This document shows, in pieces, positions 1 through 10,065 of a stretch of DNA of 64,000 nucleotides; the stretch's first letter is position 1; each line of letters opens with the position of its first letter. The notes beneath the pieces are model-generated. The model had not been told where the DNA came from and searched no databases. It saw only the letters and a list, made by a program, of their open reading frames with translations. The DNA comes from a virus, in the IMG/VR virus record IMGVR_UViG_3300009130_000011, positions 38,755 through 102,754 of that record. One strand, given 5' to 3'. The translations under genes were made by a program, and so were the position numbers.

Positions 1-326
1 CTTTGTCATATCGACAAATATGGTTTTCAATAATTTCAAGATCAGCAGAAATGCAAGACAAGCGATGTTTAAGCTCAAAGTTTTCTTTAATTAATCTTTC
101 TAAATTATCTTTAGTTATCTGTTGTTCTGCTTCTGTCATATAAGCGTAGGTTGAATCTTTCTTATTGCAAACATTATGGTTGCCATCTAAAACATTTGCT
201 TCTGTGCAACCACATTCCATTCTCCATGTATTTGTCTCGTCCAAGTACATTCCTTCCTTTTCTCTTTCTGCAAGCGTTTGCTTGACTGAATCTTCGTAAG
301 TTGGGTAATCGTCTCCTATAATTTCT

Positions 327-512
327 TTATTCATAAACTTTTTCGTGTTCAATTATCCCTTCGATATGATCTCTAAGTATTTCGTGCATAAGTTCAACAT
401 CATAAACTCTTTTACCTTCATCTGTCAAGGAAAAAAGAACAGGAATTAAAATCTTATCGTGATGGGGATAATCGTTATCCTTATGTATTTGAATTGTGTG
501 TGAATTTCTCAT
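327..512 (-). CDS. hypothetical phage protein
   Basis: ORF in co-directional small-gene array; no motif recognised. Confidence 0.6.
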   Translation of the reverse strand: MRNSHTIQIHKDNDYPHHDKILIPVLFSLTDEGKRVYDVELMHEILRDHIEGIIEHEKVYE

Positions 513-632
513 CGTTAATTAATTCTATTAAAATTTCTTGATTATTAAATATTTCCTCTGCTAAAGTATTTATTTGGTCATCACTTAAAATAGAGTCTAT
601 TTCATAAAGAAAGTTTTGTATTTGTACTATTG

Positions 633-818
633 TCATTCGCCATGCCCCTCTGTATTTATAATAATATTTATGTGATCTAGCGCCCTCTCGATAGCTAAGT
701 CTTCGCCATGCTCTTCTGACTCTTTATCGTAATCATCAAGCATTTGTTGCGCTCTTTTGCTAGGAACGAGTTTATTTGAAACTAAATCTTTAAGTTTTGC
801 TATGAGGTAATCTCTCAT
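633..818 (-). CDS. hypothetical phage protein
   Basis: Start moved to ATG 818 (TAATG overlap with upstream stop). Confidence 0.6.
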   Translation of the reverse strand: MRDYLIAKLKDLVSNKLVPSKRAQQMLDDYDKESEEHGEDLAIERALDHINIIINTEGHGE

Positions 819-1000
819 TAGAATATGCTTTGATTTTGACAAAATTCATTGAGATAAATTCCTTCTTGAATTAATTCGTCTTCGGTAAACTCCATAGGTT
901 CTTCCCATTCTTCATCATGGAGAAAGTAAGTGCCTGTGTAGGTATCGTAATAAAATTTTTCTTCAACTGAATCGTCTTCGTATATATAATTAATGTTCAT
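818..1000 (-). CDS. acidic hypothetical protein
   Basis: ORF in array; D/E-rich. Confidence 0.6.
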   Translation of the reverse strand: MNINYIYEDDSVEEKFYYDTYTGTYFLHDEEWEEPMEFTEDELIQEGIYLNEFCQNQSIF

Positions 1001-1017
1001 ATTCGTACTCTAGTATA

Positions 1018-1218
1018 TTAAAATGATTCTGTCAACACTAAATCTCCTGCTTCCCACATATCCCAATGAGATTCATAAGCATGATGCCAATCCTCATACT
1101 CTCCATTTTCTACGGAAATGGTTGCTTCTCGTTTAATTAACTCGTCATCAATTTCTTCCCAATTAAAATCGAGAGACATTTGATCTTTGTGGTAAACTAT
1201 TTCTTCTGTATCATTCAT
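1018..1218 (-). CDS. hypothetical phage protein
   Basis: ORF directly downstream of a sigma70-like promoter. Confidence 0.7.
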   Translation of the reverse strand: MNDTEEIVYHKDQMSLDFNWEEIDDELIKREATISVENGEYEDWHHAYESHWDMWEAGDLVLTESF

Positions 1219-1224
1219 GCGTAA

Positions 1225-1253
1225 ACTCTATTCTAATTCTGATTCTTTGTCAA
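1225..1253 (-). promoter_or_regulatory. sigma70-type promoter, leaderless geometry
   Basis: TTGACA-N17-TAGAGT-N6-ATG(1218). Confidence 0.7.
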
Positions 1254-1406
1254 GCCCCAATTTTTTTACTTGTTCTTCAAATTCTTCACTATCTTGGTCA
1301 AATCGAAAGAAGTAATCCTCGCATACATACGCTTGCAAGTCTGCTAAAGACATATTTAAAACAACTTTTTCTGCAACTAATTGCATATTGTCATCTGTAT
1401 ATTCCA

Positions 1407-1634
1407 TTATGCTATCTCCAATCTATAATATCCATTCTCTATTTGCTCTACTTCTGTGAGAGTTTCAAGACCATTGTAATCTTCATAAACTTCACGAATG
1501 TAATCTAAATCCTTACCAATGTAAAAAGTGGGTTGATATTCCTCTGACGCTCTTCCATTTGCTTTGTCTGCCTCAAGAATATAATCTAACATTTTTTGTG
1601 GCTCAATATTCCAAACTTTTCTTACATATTTCAT
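1407..1634 (-). CDS. hypothetical phage protein
   Basis: ATGA overlap with upstream gene. Confidence 0.65.
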   Translation of the reverse strand: MKYVRKVWNIEPQKMLDYILEADKANGRASEEYQPTFYIGKDLDYIREVYEDYNGLETLTEVEQIENGYYRLEIA

Positions 1635-1909
1635 TGTATATATTCTCTTTCTCTTAGGTTTTCTTCAAATTCTTTGTTAAATTCATTTAGCCAATTAGGA
1701 TTAGTTGCAACTTGTGCGACAATCTCCCAAGGATCGACCATCCATCCATCGGGAAAAAACTCTTCAAGGTCTACATCGTAATGAAATTTTATTTGATCTG
1801 TCAATGACATATCTTTCGTCCATTCTTTAAATGTTGGTAAGTCCATGATTACATTATCATAATATTCGCACTCATCTTCGTTTGTGCCATCGTATATAGG
1901 TTGTTTCAT
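1631..1909 (-). CDS. hypothetical phage protein
   Basis: ORF behind promoter. Confidence 0.7.
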   Translation of the reverse strand: MKQPIYDGTNEDECEYYDNVIMDLPTFKEWTKDMSLTDQIKFHYDVDLEEFFPDGWMVDPWEIVAQVATNPNWLNEFNKEFEENLREREYIQ

Positions 1910-1916
1910 ATTTTCT

Positions 1917-1945
1917 AAACTAGGTTAATTTGCATGGTATGTCAA
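1917..1945 (-). promoter_or_regulatory. sigma70-type promoter, leaderless geometry
   Basis: TTGACA-N17-TAGTTT-N7-ATG(1909). Confidence 0.7.
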
Positions 1946-2085
1946 GCATTTTGTTGTGTTTTCGATAAAAAAATAGTATTTATATAGTTAAACAATTATT
2001 TTGCATCTTTTATCATGCGTTGTGAGTCATTTTTGCAACTTTTGATTAACAATTTGATTTATTCATCATCCATGATGCACAAAAT

Positions 2086-2319
2086 TCATTGCAATCTACC
2101 CCCTGCATCTAATACATTGCGAAGGCAACTTGATTGACCTGCTCTTGCGGTAACTTTCTTAGCATACTCAAATGAGCTTGGATCACTAAAGGTTTGCATA
2201 ACCATAGTTGATTTGTCAAGATAGACATTAAGACCCTTCTTGGGAATGGAATTTGCTATCTTCTCTGCGCTTTTGATTGATTGTTCTATATCTGCTAAAA
2301 ATGCTTGTGCGGTATTCAT
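2086..2319 (-). CDS. hypothetical phage protein
   Basis: ORF behind promoter. Confidence 0.65.
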   Translation of the reverse strand: MNTAQAFLADIEQSIKSAEKIANSIPKKGLNVYLDKSTMVMQTFSDPSSFEYAKKVTARAGQSSCLRNVLDAGGRLQ

Positions 2320-2328
2320 ATAAAGGGA

Positions 2329-2357
2329 AGACTAATTTCTTTTTCCGTATTTGTCAA
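2329..2357 (-). promoter_or_regulatory. sigma70-type promoter
   Basis: TTGACA-N17-TAGTCT-N9-ATG(2319). Confidence 0.7.
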
Positions 2358-2360
2358 GAA

Positions 2361-3581
2361 TTATTTGAAAGGAGTATTGATTTTTCTCGCAATATATTTC
2401 GTGTACTCACGCTCAACAGGGTCTTCTCCGTTTTCGCCCAACACTTTAGGGTAATAATATTTCTTACCCTTCTCCATGTTCACATACCTGTCATTTTTAT
2501 AGATGCGGAAATAAGGTAACTTGCCTAAAAATTTTCGTTTTTCTTTTGAAGTGTTATTTGAAGATGCGCTATTCTCATATTGGACTTTAGGTACATAAAT
2601 AATTTTATTCACTTCGCCTTTTGGTCTGCCCTTTATCTTTGCTTTGCCATCTTTTAAAGTGGATTGGGGTACATCATGTCGAATATGCGTAGGATCGCAA
2701 TGAGCATAAACCATAGATTTCAAACAAGTAACGACTCCACTAACTAAATGAGGAATTTCCTCTTTCGTAAGTTCTGCGCCATCTTTTGAGTTAAGCGTTA
2801 ATTTGGAAGTTGTGTCGGAATTTACAACTGAAAGTAATTCATCATAATTTCTTGAGAATAAGAATGGTAAAGTCTCATTGTCAACGCTGAATAGAACTGA
2901 GCCTAGAGTAGGAGTTTCTGCAAAAAAATGAATTCCTTCTTCTCGCTCACCAAGAAATTTATATGGGATGTTGAACTCATTTACTAATCCATCAAAAGAA
3001 CCTCTGTAAACTAAAAAAGTAGGCAAATCCGAATCTTCAAAGAAAAATTCAATAACTTTATGATGAAACCAAGGTATATCTGAAACGCTAGTTATTTGAG
3101 AACTATCACAAAACAAAGCATCTCTTGAGACTTCTTTCTGAATTTGAAATTGACAAGAGTTTCGCAAGTGCATTATTTTTGATAAAATAAAATAGAAATC
3201 AATCTCCCCCATAAACTTATTTAAATCTAAAGCAAAATTTATGAAATCTTTTCTTGTATGCTTCTTTGAAAGATTGTCAGCAAAATTTGCAAAATAAAAA
3301 TCTAAATGCTTTACTAGAGGCTCAATCCCATCGTAAGTGGAATGAGAAACATAGGTTCTGTTGTCTATTGGATAATAGTTTCCGTTTTTTTGAATGCCAT
3401 AATTCTTGAAGGGCTTTTGTATTTTCCCGCACTCTTCAAAAAATTTTATGCTAATTGGATTATCTGTCATAATTTTTGTATCTCTCATCCATTGTGTTCT
3501 AGTTTTACCTTGGTATAGCGTCTTGTCTTCGTAAACAGACCTATCAAACCCAAACTCTTTGTAGAAATCTTCGTAACTCAT
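2361..3581 (-). CDS. hypothetical protein (406 aa, basic C-terminus)
   Basis: Long ORF with its own promoter; no family recognised. Confidence 0.85.
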   Translation of the reverse strand: MSYEDFYKEFGFDRSVYEDKTLYQGKTRTQWMRDTKIMTDNPISIKFFEECGKIQKPFKNYGIQKNGNYYPIDNRTYVSHSTYDGIEPLVKHLDFYFANFADNLSKKHTRKDFINFALDLNKFMGEIDFYFILSKIMHLRNSCQFQIQKEVSRDALFCDSSQITSVSDIPWFHHKVIEFFFEDSDLPTFLVYRGSFDGLVNEFNIPYKFLGEREEGIHFFAETPTLGSVLFSVDNETLPFLFSRNYDELLSVVNSDTTSKLTLNSKDGAELTKEEIPHLVSGVVTCLKSMVYAHCDPTHIRHDVPQSTLKDGKAKIKGRPKGEVNKIIYVPKVQYENSASSNNTSKEKRKFLGKLPYFRIYKNDRYVNMEKGKKYYYPKVLGENGEDPVEREYTKYIARKINTPFK

Positions 3582-3588
3582 AACCTTT

Positions 3589-3616
3589 ACAATAACATTG
3601 TTTATCTAGTTGTCAA
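3589..3616 (-). promoter_or_regulatory. sigma70-type promoter with extended -10
   Basis: TTGACA-N16-TATTGT (TGn extension)-N7-ATG(3581). Confidence 0.65.
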
Positions 3617-4130
3617 GCCCAAAAAGTTCTTCCATTAAATAATCAGCAGTAACCTTTGCTGATAGCCATTCCTTTTTTCTTTTGGAATTAAAAAGAGGTT
3701 CTCTGCATTTTGGGCAACGATATTTTACCCCTTTTCTTATTCTATGCCTTTTGTAGGTAATCTTGCACCCACAAGTATCTACATATTTGTGATGATTGTC
3801 GGGGTATTCTACTATTCCCTTATGCAATCTTTCGGGAGTTGCGCCAATCTCTATGCAAACTTGTTTCCATAGCTTGCCATGACCCTTGGCTTTTTTGCCA
3901 TATCTTGTCCACGATAAAGCGTGAGCAATTTCGTGTAGGATGGTATCCTCTACATCTTTTTCATTGTTTAACTCTACATACCACTCGGACAAAGAAATCT
4001 TTCTTTTTGTATAATGACATCGACCAAGAGAGCGTTTGCAATCTTCAAAACCAAAATGCCAAAGTTCATCAAAAAGCCCATGTTCGTCCATGTGAAGTAG
4101 GGCAAGTGCTTTTGCGTCATTTGTGTCCAT
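3606..4130 (-). CDS. SprT-like zinc metalloprotease
   Basis: DTILHEIAH (HExxH), GHGKLWK third ligand, C-terminal CGC...CPKC zinc ribbon. Confidence 0.9.
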   Translation of the reverse strand: MDTNDAKALALLHMDEHGLFDELWHFGFEDCKRSLGRCHYTKRKISLSEWYVELNNEKDVEDTILHEIAHALSWTRYGKKAKGHGKLWKQVCIEIGATPERLHKGIVEYPDNHHKYVDTCGCKITYKRHRIRKGVKYRCPKCREPLFNSKRKKEWLSAKVTADYLMEELFGLDN

Positions 4131-4137
4131 GCTTAAA

Positions 4138-4166
4138 ACACTAGACTAAATCTTGAATTATGTCAA
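4138..4166 (-). promoter_or_regulatory. sigma70-type promoter, leaderless geometry
   Basis: TTGACA-N17-TAGTGT-N7-ATG(4130). Confidence 0.7.
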
Positions 4167-4172
4167 GAACTT

Positions 4173-4385
4173 TTAACCATAGCTATTGGAAATTTCTTCA
4201 AGTATAAAATCTATATGACCATTCTTCATTGGAAACCCATGCCTGTTTTTGACGACATGATATTTGTCGCCTTCAACAACAATGACTTTTTGCATAGACC
4301 AAGTTAATTTCTCAACCAAATCTTTTGGTAGATTATTGTCTTTTTCTAAGATTAATGTTGACACTCTTCTTCTAGTCTTCTTCAT
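4173..4385 (-). CDS. hypothetical phage protein
   Basis: Overlapping array ORF. Confidence 0.6.
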   Translation of the reverse strand: MKKTRRRVSTLILEKDNNLPKDLVEKLTWSMQKVIVVEGDKYHVVKNRHGFPMKNGHIDFILEEISNSYG

Positions 4386-4587
4386 GCACTTCTTCTTCCA
4401 TTATTTTGTTAATTGCTCCATATATTTCATAGAGAAAATCTTTTTTAATATTATATAAATTAGATTTGCCTACTTTATATATATCTTCACCTTCGCAATC
4501 TGATAGTTGCCTATCAATATCTCTTAATGCAAGTTTTGCCATGCAGAATCCATGCCTTGCCCCACTATTAAATTCATCGTGCGCCAT
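4372..4587 (-). CDS. hypothetical phage protein
   Basis: Array ORF. Confidence 0.6.
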   Translation of the reverse strand: MAHDEFNSGARHGFCMAKLALRDIDRQLSDCEGEDIYKVGKSNLYNIKKDFLYEIYGAINKIMEEEVHEED

Positions 4588-4695
4588 TACTTCTTAAATT
4601 TATTATCTATCCAAACCTTGTAAGTATAAAGCGCCATCAACATAAATGTCAACAATAAACCATCAGTCCAAGATAAATCCCATAACTCTTTTATT

Positions 4696-4878
4696 TCACT
4701 CATTGTTATTTGACTCTATTTTTTCTGCAATTAATTCCATTGCTTCTTTAAGGATTTCTTGTTCGCAGTCCATGTTGTTATATGCCCTCTGTAAATGCCT
4801 AATAAGGACGATAGACTTAGTGTATCCATCAAGCAAGCCTTTCTTGTAACCTGCATCATAATCATCCATTATCGGCAT
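4696..4878 (-). CDS. hypothetical protein with GxxxG helix
   Basis: YDAGYKKGLLDGY. Confidence 0.6.
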   Translation of the reverse strand: MPIMDDYDAGYKKGLLDGYTKSIVLIRHLQRAYNNMDCEQEILKEAMELIAEKIESNNNE

Positions 4879-5125
4879 ATTTAATTATTTCTCCATTTAA
4901 ATTTAATTCTCTTTCAATTTCCTTGGCAACATTTTCACCAACAGATATTTCATGGTCTTTCGATAGGGTATCTAATAATTCAATTAAATTTTTTCCTGTT
5001 TTATCTCTACCTTCTTCTCCTACTAGGAATAAATTCTCAGCAGTTATTAACATAAGATCATCTATCTTGATGATGATATGATTGATTGCATCTGTGTTTC
5101 CTCGTATTCCTAATTTTATTTTCAT
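4862..5125 (-). CDS. hypothetical phage protein
   Basis: Array ORF. Confidence 0.6.
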   Translation of the reverse strand: MKIKLGIRGNTDAINHIIIKIDDLMLITAENLFLVGEEGRDKTGKNLIELLDTLSKDHEISVGENVAKEIERELNLNGEIIKYADNG

Positions 5126-5330
5126 TTTTTACTTTTAAAATTAAATCTGTTCTTAAACTTTCTTTAGTTTCTACATTCTCCCATACAATGTAATCTTTGT
5201 CAAGACTAATACTAACTAGCATTAACCATCTATATATCGGATAAAAAATTACCCCTGTTAAATTATACCGCAAAAGATGAGAAATTAAGTCTCCTAAAAA
5301 ATAGAAAACTTTACTCAAATATGTTTTCAT
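5058..5330 (-). CDS. hypothetical protein, hydrophobic N-half
   Basis: Array ORF; long overlap with next gene lowers confidence. Confidence 0.45.
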   Translation of the reverse strand: MKTYLSKVFYFLGDLISHLLRYNLTGVIFYPIYRWLMLVSISLDKDYIVWENVETKESLRTDLILKVKNENKIRNTRKHRCNQSYHHQDR

Positions 5331-5601
5331 TGATTTCTTCTATCTGTCTGTTGCTTAATTAACTTAGATATATTTTTAATAAAATTAATTTGTTGTTGCA
5401 TTGGTTGGCTCATGTCAATATTTGATTCCGATACTTATACACCATGTTTACCACTAATCCTAGCAATATCTCGCAAGACTTTTTCGTGATCTTTGATGTA
5501 TTGCAACATCGGAAGCAACACATTATTTATTAGATTAATAGTTTCTTCGCTATGGTCACTACTTAATCTTTCAATTTCTTTTTTAATTTTATTTTCTAAA
5601 G

Positions 5602-5787
5602 TCATTCTTTCTTTTTAATTGGCGGGAATCTGCCCCAATCTCCCATACCATCATAATCTGCTTCGTCACCCAACTGAACCAATACATCTTTATTTATTTC
5701 AATTAACTCATCTATTTGCGCAACTGACAATTTAGATTGTTTTTCCCTGCGAAATAAACGCACTAATCTTTTTACAAAATTAATCAT
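5602..5787 (-). CDS. hypothetical phage protein
   Basis: Array ORF. Confidence 0.55.
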   Translation of the reverse strand: MINFVKRLVRLFRREKQSKLSVAQIDELIEINKDVLVQLGDEADYDGMGDWGRFPPIKKKE

Positions 5788-5871
5788 GCGAAGAGATCAT
5801 CAATAAAAAAACAACAACTAATGCAATGGTTATTGCGGTAAAATTCATCTGCAATATGTCAAAGACATCCA

Positions 5872-6492
5872 TTATGCAACTAGCGCTAAATCTTGTGATA
5901 GAATACCTCTTTTGAGTGGCAAGACTCTATCTACAAGAAATTTTCTGACTGATTCAGTAATATCAGCAATCTCAATCAATTCTCTATGGGTTAGATAATT
6001 ATTATCTCCTTGACCCCCATAGGCAATTCTATAACCTTCATCATCAGCAAGAGAGACTTTATTTGTCTTTTTCATGCTATAATTACCGCTTGAGTCCTTT
6101 ACCCACTCATGCCTATCATGGAAAGAACCAATGTAAACTAAAGCGTCAAGAGATGCAAGGTGATTACCTTGGCTATCTTTTTTTTCTAGGTAATTAATGA
6201 AATCTAAATTCGCAGTAACATATTCTTTCTTAACATTCGTAAGTTGAACAAAAACTCCTTTGTAGCTATTTCTAGGGTAGTAAGTATAAACTTGCCCATT
6301 CCACCTCTGAGTATGGTGAGGAGTTGCGCCTGTTTTCTTTGCGATTGCCTCATGCCTACTCGTTTTGGTCGTCCAAGACAAAACATTGTCTTCGGGCAAT
6401 AGCTTTTTGGTTATAGCATTGCTTTTGAAAAAGATGTCTTTAGGACTAAATTGATTCCAATGAATTGGTTGATTTGCGAAATAATTATTCAT
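5872..6492 (-). CDS. hypothetical protein (206 aa)
   Basis: Long ORF; no motif recognised. Confidence 0.8.
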   Translation of the reverse strand: MNNYFANQPIHWNQFSPKDIFFKSNAITKKLLPEDNVLSWTTKTSRHEAIAKKTGATPHHTQRWNGQVYTYYPRNSYKGVFVQLTNVKKEYVTANLDFINYLEKKDSQGNHLASLDALVYIGSFHDRHEWVKDSSGNYSMKKTNKVSLADDEGYRIAYGGQGDNNYLTHRELIEIADITESVRKFLVDRVLPLKRGILSQDLALVA

Positions 6493-6657
6493 TTTTTTTC
6501 CTTTAATGTTTGATTGATATTTTCTGTAATAAGTTTCTCTATTTCAAGATCACTATACCCATCTAATACTAAATCGTAAGCATAGTCAAGAAAAATTTGC
6601 GCTTCAGAGTAAGAAAGTTTATTTTCTTCTAGTAAATCTGATATATATACGCTTGCT

Positions 6658-6876
6658 TCATTCATTAGTTTCCCAATTTTTTAATTGACCAAAAGTTTGC
6701 TCCCATTCATCTTTTACTTGAAGGTCGGGACATTCATCAAGTGGCTCAACTCCATAGATTAGCATTTCAATAATATTTGAGACACTCATGTTCATCGCTT
6801 CATATTCTGCGAGGTCATATCGCATTTCATCAATGGTAGGATTGCCTTCTCTTATTTCTCTTTGTGTAGTTCTCAT
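6658..6876 (-). CDS. hypothetical phage protein
   Basis: Array ORF. Confidence 0.6.
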   Translation of the reverse strand: MRTTQREIREGNPTIDEMRYDLAEYEAMNMSVSNIIEMLIYGVEPLDECPDLQVKDEWEQTFGQLKNWETNE

Positions 6877-6879
6877 ATT

Positions 6880-7185
6880 TTAAGTTCCATTGTTATGGGG
6901 ATGCTTTAAAGCGAAATCCCTAACTTCTTTAAGAGCTTGACAGAACTCATCTACTTTGTCAAGAGGAATATCAAAATTTTTCCAATAAGACTCTCCATCC
7001 CTTGAGTGAGCGGTGCATTGAACTGAGCCTTCAACTAAAGAATCATTGTATTGCCCTAGATTTGTAATGGTAAACCCGCCAAGACGACAAGAATCCTTGC
7101 TACTACTCCAATAAGTAAAATGGGGGGCATCTGCTTTCTTGCGCCCCTTTGCCCAAGACACTTCTCTGCGAATTATTTTTGACAT
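6880..7185 (-). CDS. hypothetical phage protein
   Basis: Array ORF. Confidence 0.7.
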   Translation of the reverse strand: MSKIIRREVSWAKGRKKADAPHFTYWSSSKDSCRLGGFTITNLGQYNDSLVEGSVQCTAHSRDGESYWKNFDIPLDKVDEFCQALKEVRDFALKHPHNNGT

Positions 7186-7187
7186 AA

Positions 7188-7511
7188 TTAATCTTCCCCT
7201 CTTTCTTTTTGTTTGCTTCTTGTCGCATTATATTCTAGTTCTGTAAGGTAAGAATAACCCGAAAGAAATTCTTCTTTACTTAAAGTATTAAAATCTTTCA
7301 TTTTTTCTTCGTCATCGCAAAAGTCACCATATTCAACAGGAGCATATCTTTTAGGAGTTTCGTCTTTAGTAAAACCTTCGGGTAAATATTTTACAAATTG
7401 ATTAACTATCTCACACGCTTTTAAGATTCGCAAATGTTCGTCTGTGCGCTCACCGATAGCAGAAACTTCTGCTTCGTTTACGACTATATTCAATGCTTCT
7501 TTAAAATTCAT
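7188..7511 (-). CDS. hypothetical phage protein
   Basis: Start moved to ATG 7511 (MNFKEAL). Confidence 0.65.
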   Translation of the reverse strand: MNFKEALNIVVNEAEVSAIGERTDEHLRILKACEIVNQFVKYLPEGFTKDETPKRYAPVEYGDFCDDEEKMKDFNTLSKEEFLSGYSYLTELEYNATRSKQKERGED

Positions 7512-7719
7512 CTTTATTATCTTCTGCGGTAGCAACAACCAATAGCTTTACATCTTTCCCATTGCCTGTCAACCCTAAAGTTTTTACAACTTCTCCAAAA
7601 ATTGATCCATCTTCGGGGCGAATACTTACCCAAGCACAATTTTGCTTACCATCATCGGTAGTATAAACATCCCATTCATGTTCAAGCAATCTAGCTTTTT
7701 GATATTTAGTTAATCTCAT
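7501..7719 (-). CDS. hypothetical phage protein
   Basis: TAATG-coupled array ORF. Confidence 0.65.
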   Translation of the reverse strand: MRLTKYQKARLLEHEWDVYTTDDGKQNCAWVSIRPEDGSIFGEVVKTLGLTGNGKDVKLLVVATAEDNKDEF

Positions 7720-7946
7720 TATTCAATTTCTTTAATCGCAAGAAATTCAACATCTAGTTTTGTAACTCTTGCATATTGTTCATCTAAAACTTTTTGTAGC
7801 CTAGCAATGTATTCTACTTCATCGGGTTCTCTTGAGTGCATCCATTCCAATTCTGCTTCCAAGTCTTTAATGTGAGAACAGGCATCTCTTATTTCGCTCT
7901 TTAAATCTTCTTCTTTCTTTAAACCTTCCATAGCTTTTTTATTCAT
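7719..7946 (-). CDS. coiled-coil hypothetical protein
   Basis: TAATG-coupled; heptad pattern. Confidence 0.65.
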   Translation of the reverse strand: MNKKAMEGLKKEEDLKSEIRDACSHIKDLEAELEWMHSREPDEVEYIARLQKVLDEQYARVTKLDVEFLAIKEIE

Positions 7947-8203
7947 TATGTTTCGTAAGTAGGATCATCACCATAAAGATCATCTATGCGTTTGTCAAGC
8001 CAATTACATTCATCGGCTTTTATTTTCCATGCAATCTCTCCATTTGTAGGATCAGCATATTCAATATTAAAATCACAATCGTCAAGAGTTTTGTATGGGT
8101 CATACTCTCGCACTATTTGTTCTGCCTCGTCTCGACTTTCTGCCTCGACATAAAAGCAATTAATTATTTTAATTCCAACACAATATTCTCTTTTTTTACT
8201 CAT
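7946..8203 (-). CDS. small protein with xEAxSxDEA motif
   Basis: FYVEAESRDEAEQ. Confidence 0.65.
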   Translation of the reverse strand: MSKKREYCVGIKIINCFYVEAESRDEAEQIVREYDPYKTLDDCDFNIEYADPTNGEIAWKIKADECNWLDKRIDDLYGDDPTYET

Positions 8204-8486
8204 TATTAAATTGTTCTATTCTTTCTTTTAATGCTTGCTCTACAAATTGATTAAAACTTAAATTTTGTTCGTGTGCGCACATCATGTATAATAACAACTC
8301 TTCTTCGCTAAAGTCAAGCTCAATCGTTTCATATTTAACTTTTGTTAAGAGAAATCCACCATCTTTTTCTATAAATTTAATTTCATCGCCCTCTTCCCAA
8401 CCTAAGCGATTTAAAACATCATCGGGGATAGTAAAATATAAATCGCCATCCTTATTTTCTTTTATTTCTAATTGTGATAATTTCAT
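8196..8486 (-). CDS. AbrB/MazE/SpoVT-like DNA-binding protein
   Basis: LYFTIPDDVLNRLGWEEGDEIKF swapped-hairpin pattern; C-terminal AHEQNLSFNQFVEQAL is RHH-like. Confidence 0.75.
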   Translation of the reverse strand: MKLSQLEIKENKDGDLYFTIPDDVLNRLGWEEGDEIKFIEKDGGFLLTKVKYETIELDFSEEELLLYMMCAHEQNLSFNQFVEQALKERIEQFNNE

Positions 8487-8689
8487 TTTAATTCCATTGA
8501 ATCTTCTTTAGATTCTTTTTCTTGTTCTTCTATAAAGCTAACTTCAGCATTTTGTTTCCACGCTTTACTTATTTCCCAATCGGCATCTAATTCTTCAAAT
8601 GCTCTTTTCTCTGCCTCGTCTTGCGATTCTGCATCAATAAAATAAGTGCGATAAGTTGTGCTTGCTATTTCTATTTCAAATGTTTTCAT
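8483..8689 (-). CDS. small protein with xDAxSxDEA motif
   Basis: YFIDAESQDEAEK. Confidence 0.65.
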   Translation of the reverse strand: MKTFEIEIASTTYRTYFIDAESQDEAEKRAFEELDADWEISKAWKQNAEVSFIEEQEKESKEDSMELK

Positions 8690-8692
8690 TAT

Positions 8693-8986
8693 TTATTCCT
8701 CGTACATATAAATTGGAGTGTATTCGCCAAGATAAGCGCACTCCATATTAAAATTAAAATAATCTATTGCTTCATCGGGAGTCATACCATCTCTATTAAC
8801 AAGAGTTCCTACGATCATATCAACGGAATAAACGACTTTCCCATCACTAGAATACCCCATAATCGACTCATCAAAACCATCAGCGAATAATGCTTCGGGA
8901 TTATGCTCAGAAATAGTCTGCCTTAATCGTTCCGCACGATCAGCACGAATTTTTCTAATTTTATCTATTGTATCTTTTTCACTCAT
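8693..8986 (-). CDS. conserved-type hypothetical phage protein
   Basis: ADGFDESIMG...DGMTPDEAIDYFNFN...GEYTP pattern recalled from aquatic phage ORFs; start set by promoter geometry. Confidence 0.75.
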   Translation of the reverse strand: MSEKDTIDKIRKIRADRAERLRQTISEHNPEALFADGFDESIMGYSSDGKVVYSVDMIVGTLVNRDGMTPDEAIDYFNFNMECAYLGEYTPIYMYEE

Positions 8987-8993
8987 ATTCAAA

Positions 8994-9022
8994 AGACTAA
9001 AGTAAATTAATTAAAGAGTCAA
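8994..9022 (-). promoter_or_regulatory. sigma70-type promoter, leaderless geometry
   Basis: TTGACT-N17-TAGTCT-N7-ATG(8986). Confidence 0.7.
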
Positions 9023-9029
9023 GACTTTT

Positions 9030-10028
9030 TTAGGCGAAAGCTAAGTTTTTTCTCATTAAGCGAATAGCTTTGTCTTTTTGCTTTACTTCGCACTCCCACT
9101 TGGCTTCCTTATTTGGCTCGATAGCAATAACAGGTGGAATATTACCTAGAGCAAAATACTCTGCATGAGAACGAGGTTTTTCGGGAGTGCCTTCAGACCA
9201 ATGAAAGACAGGAGCAATAAAGTTATGATCTCCTTCTCCTTGGTTGACCCATGTATAAGCGCAACGCTCTGCTTGAAATACGACATTGTGATCTTCTGAT
9301 GGATTGCAAAAATCATGTAAGTTGTCGTAGCAAACAGGAATACCTACCCCGAATGCATTAAATAAATGGTCGCTAAATTTAATACAATTATCTACATTAA
9401 AGAAACCTTTGTCTTCGTTCTCGATAGTCAAGCGTTTGTAAACACCTTTATCGCACATAGAAAGATTGCGAAAGAATCTAGTAGCAACTAACTCTAGCGT
9501 TTCATCTGCTTTTGGAGTATAGTTTATGTGAATGTTCATTGGTGCAGTATGATCTTGTGGAAGACCTAGCATATCAAGAACACTTGCTTGAAAATTTAAC
9601 TCATTAATTGTGCGAGCGACCTTATCTCTATCGGGAGACGCAAGAACATTGAACTGATCGGGGTGAGAGCCGATAGATATATTAAAATCTTTAGCGATTT
9701 TACCTGCAAATTCTAACTCTTCTTGTATAAGAGTTTTATCGGGTAAATCATCGAAAGTAACTTCTGTCTTTTCGTCAGTAACAAGAGGAAAGAGAGCAGA
9801 ACTAAGACGATAATGTAGGATGTTATTACTAATGCAATGGCGAATAATGTAGCGAGTAGTGCGAGCATTATGCAGAATCCTTTCTGATAGTTCTTTAATA
9901 GCTTCATCTTTGCCATCTCTTACACAAAGGTCGTTAAACCTTTTGCGAGTCATAGTTTTAAAAGAATACTTTTTCTTATCCTTCTGTTTTAATTCTTCGC
10001 TAATACAAGTTAAGCCTAATATTGTCAT
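9030..10028 (-). CDS. uvsE: UV damage endonuclease UvsE
   Basis: YRLSS, HPDQFNVL, TIENED, YDNLH, FHWSE, RSHAE, ECEVKQKD motifs. Confidence 0.92.
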   Translation of the reverse strand: MTILGLTCISEELKQKDKKKYSFKTMTRKRFNDLCVRDGKDEAIKELSERILHNARTTRYIIRHCISNNILHYRLSSALFPLVTDEKTEVTFDDLPDKTLIQEELEFAGKIAKDFNISIGSHPDQFNVLASPDRDKVARTINELNFQASVLDMLGLPQDHTAPMNIHINYTPKADETLELVATRFFRNLSMCDKGVYKRLTIENEDKGFFNVDNCIKFSDHLFNAFGVGIPVCYDNLHDFCNPSEDHNVVFQAERCAYTWVNQGEGDHNFIAPVFHWSEGTPEKPRSHAEYFALGNIPPVIAIEPNKEAKWECEVKQKDKAIRLMRKNLAFA

Positions 10029-10036
10029 AGAGTATA

Positions 10037-10065
10037 ATTATCTTACAAAACAAAATAAATGTCAA
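10037..10065 (-). promoter_or_regulatory. sigma70-type promoter
   Basis: TTGACA-N17-GATAAT-N8-ATG(10028). Confidence 0.65.
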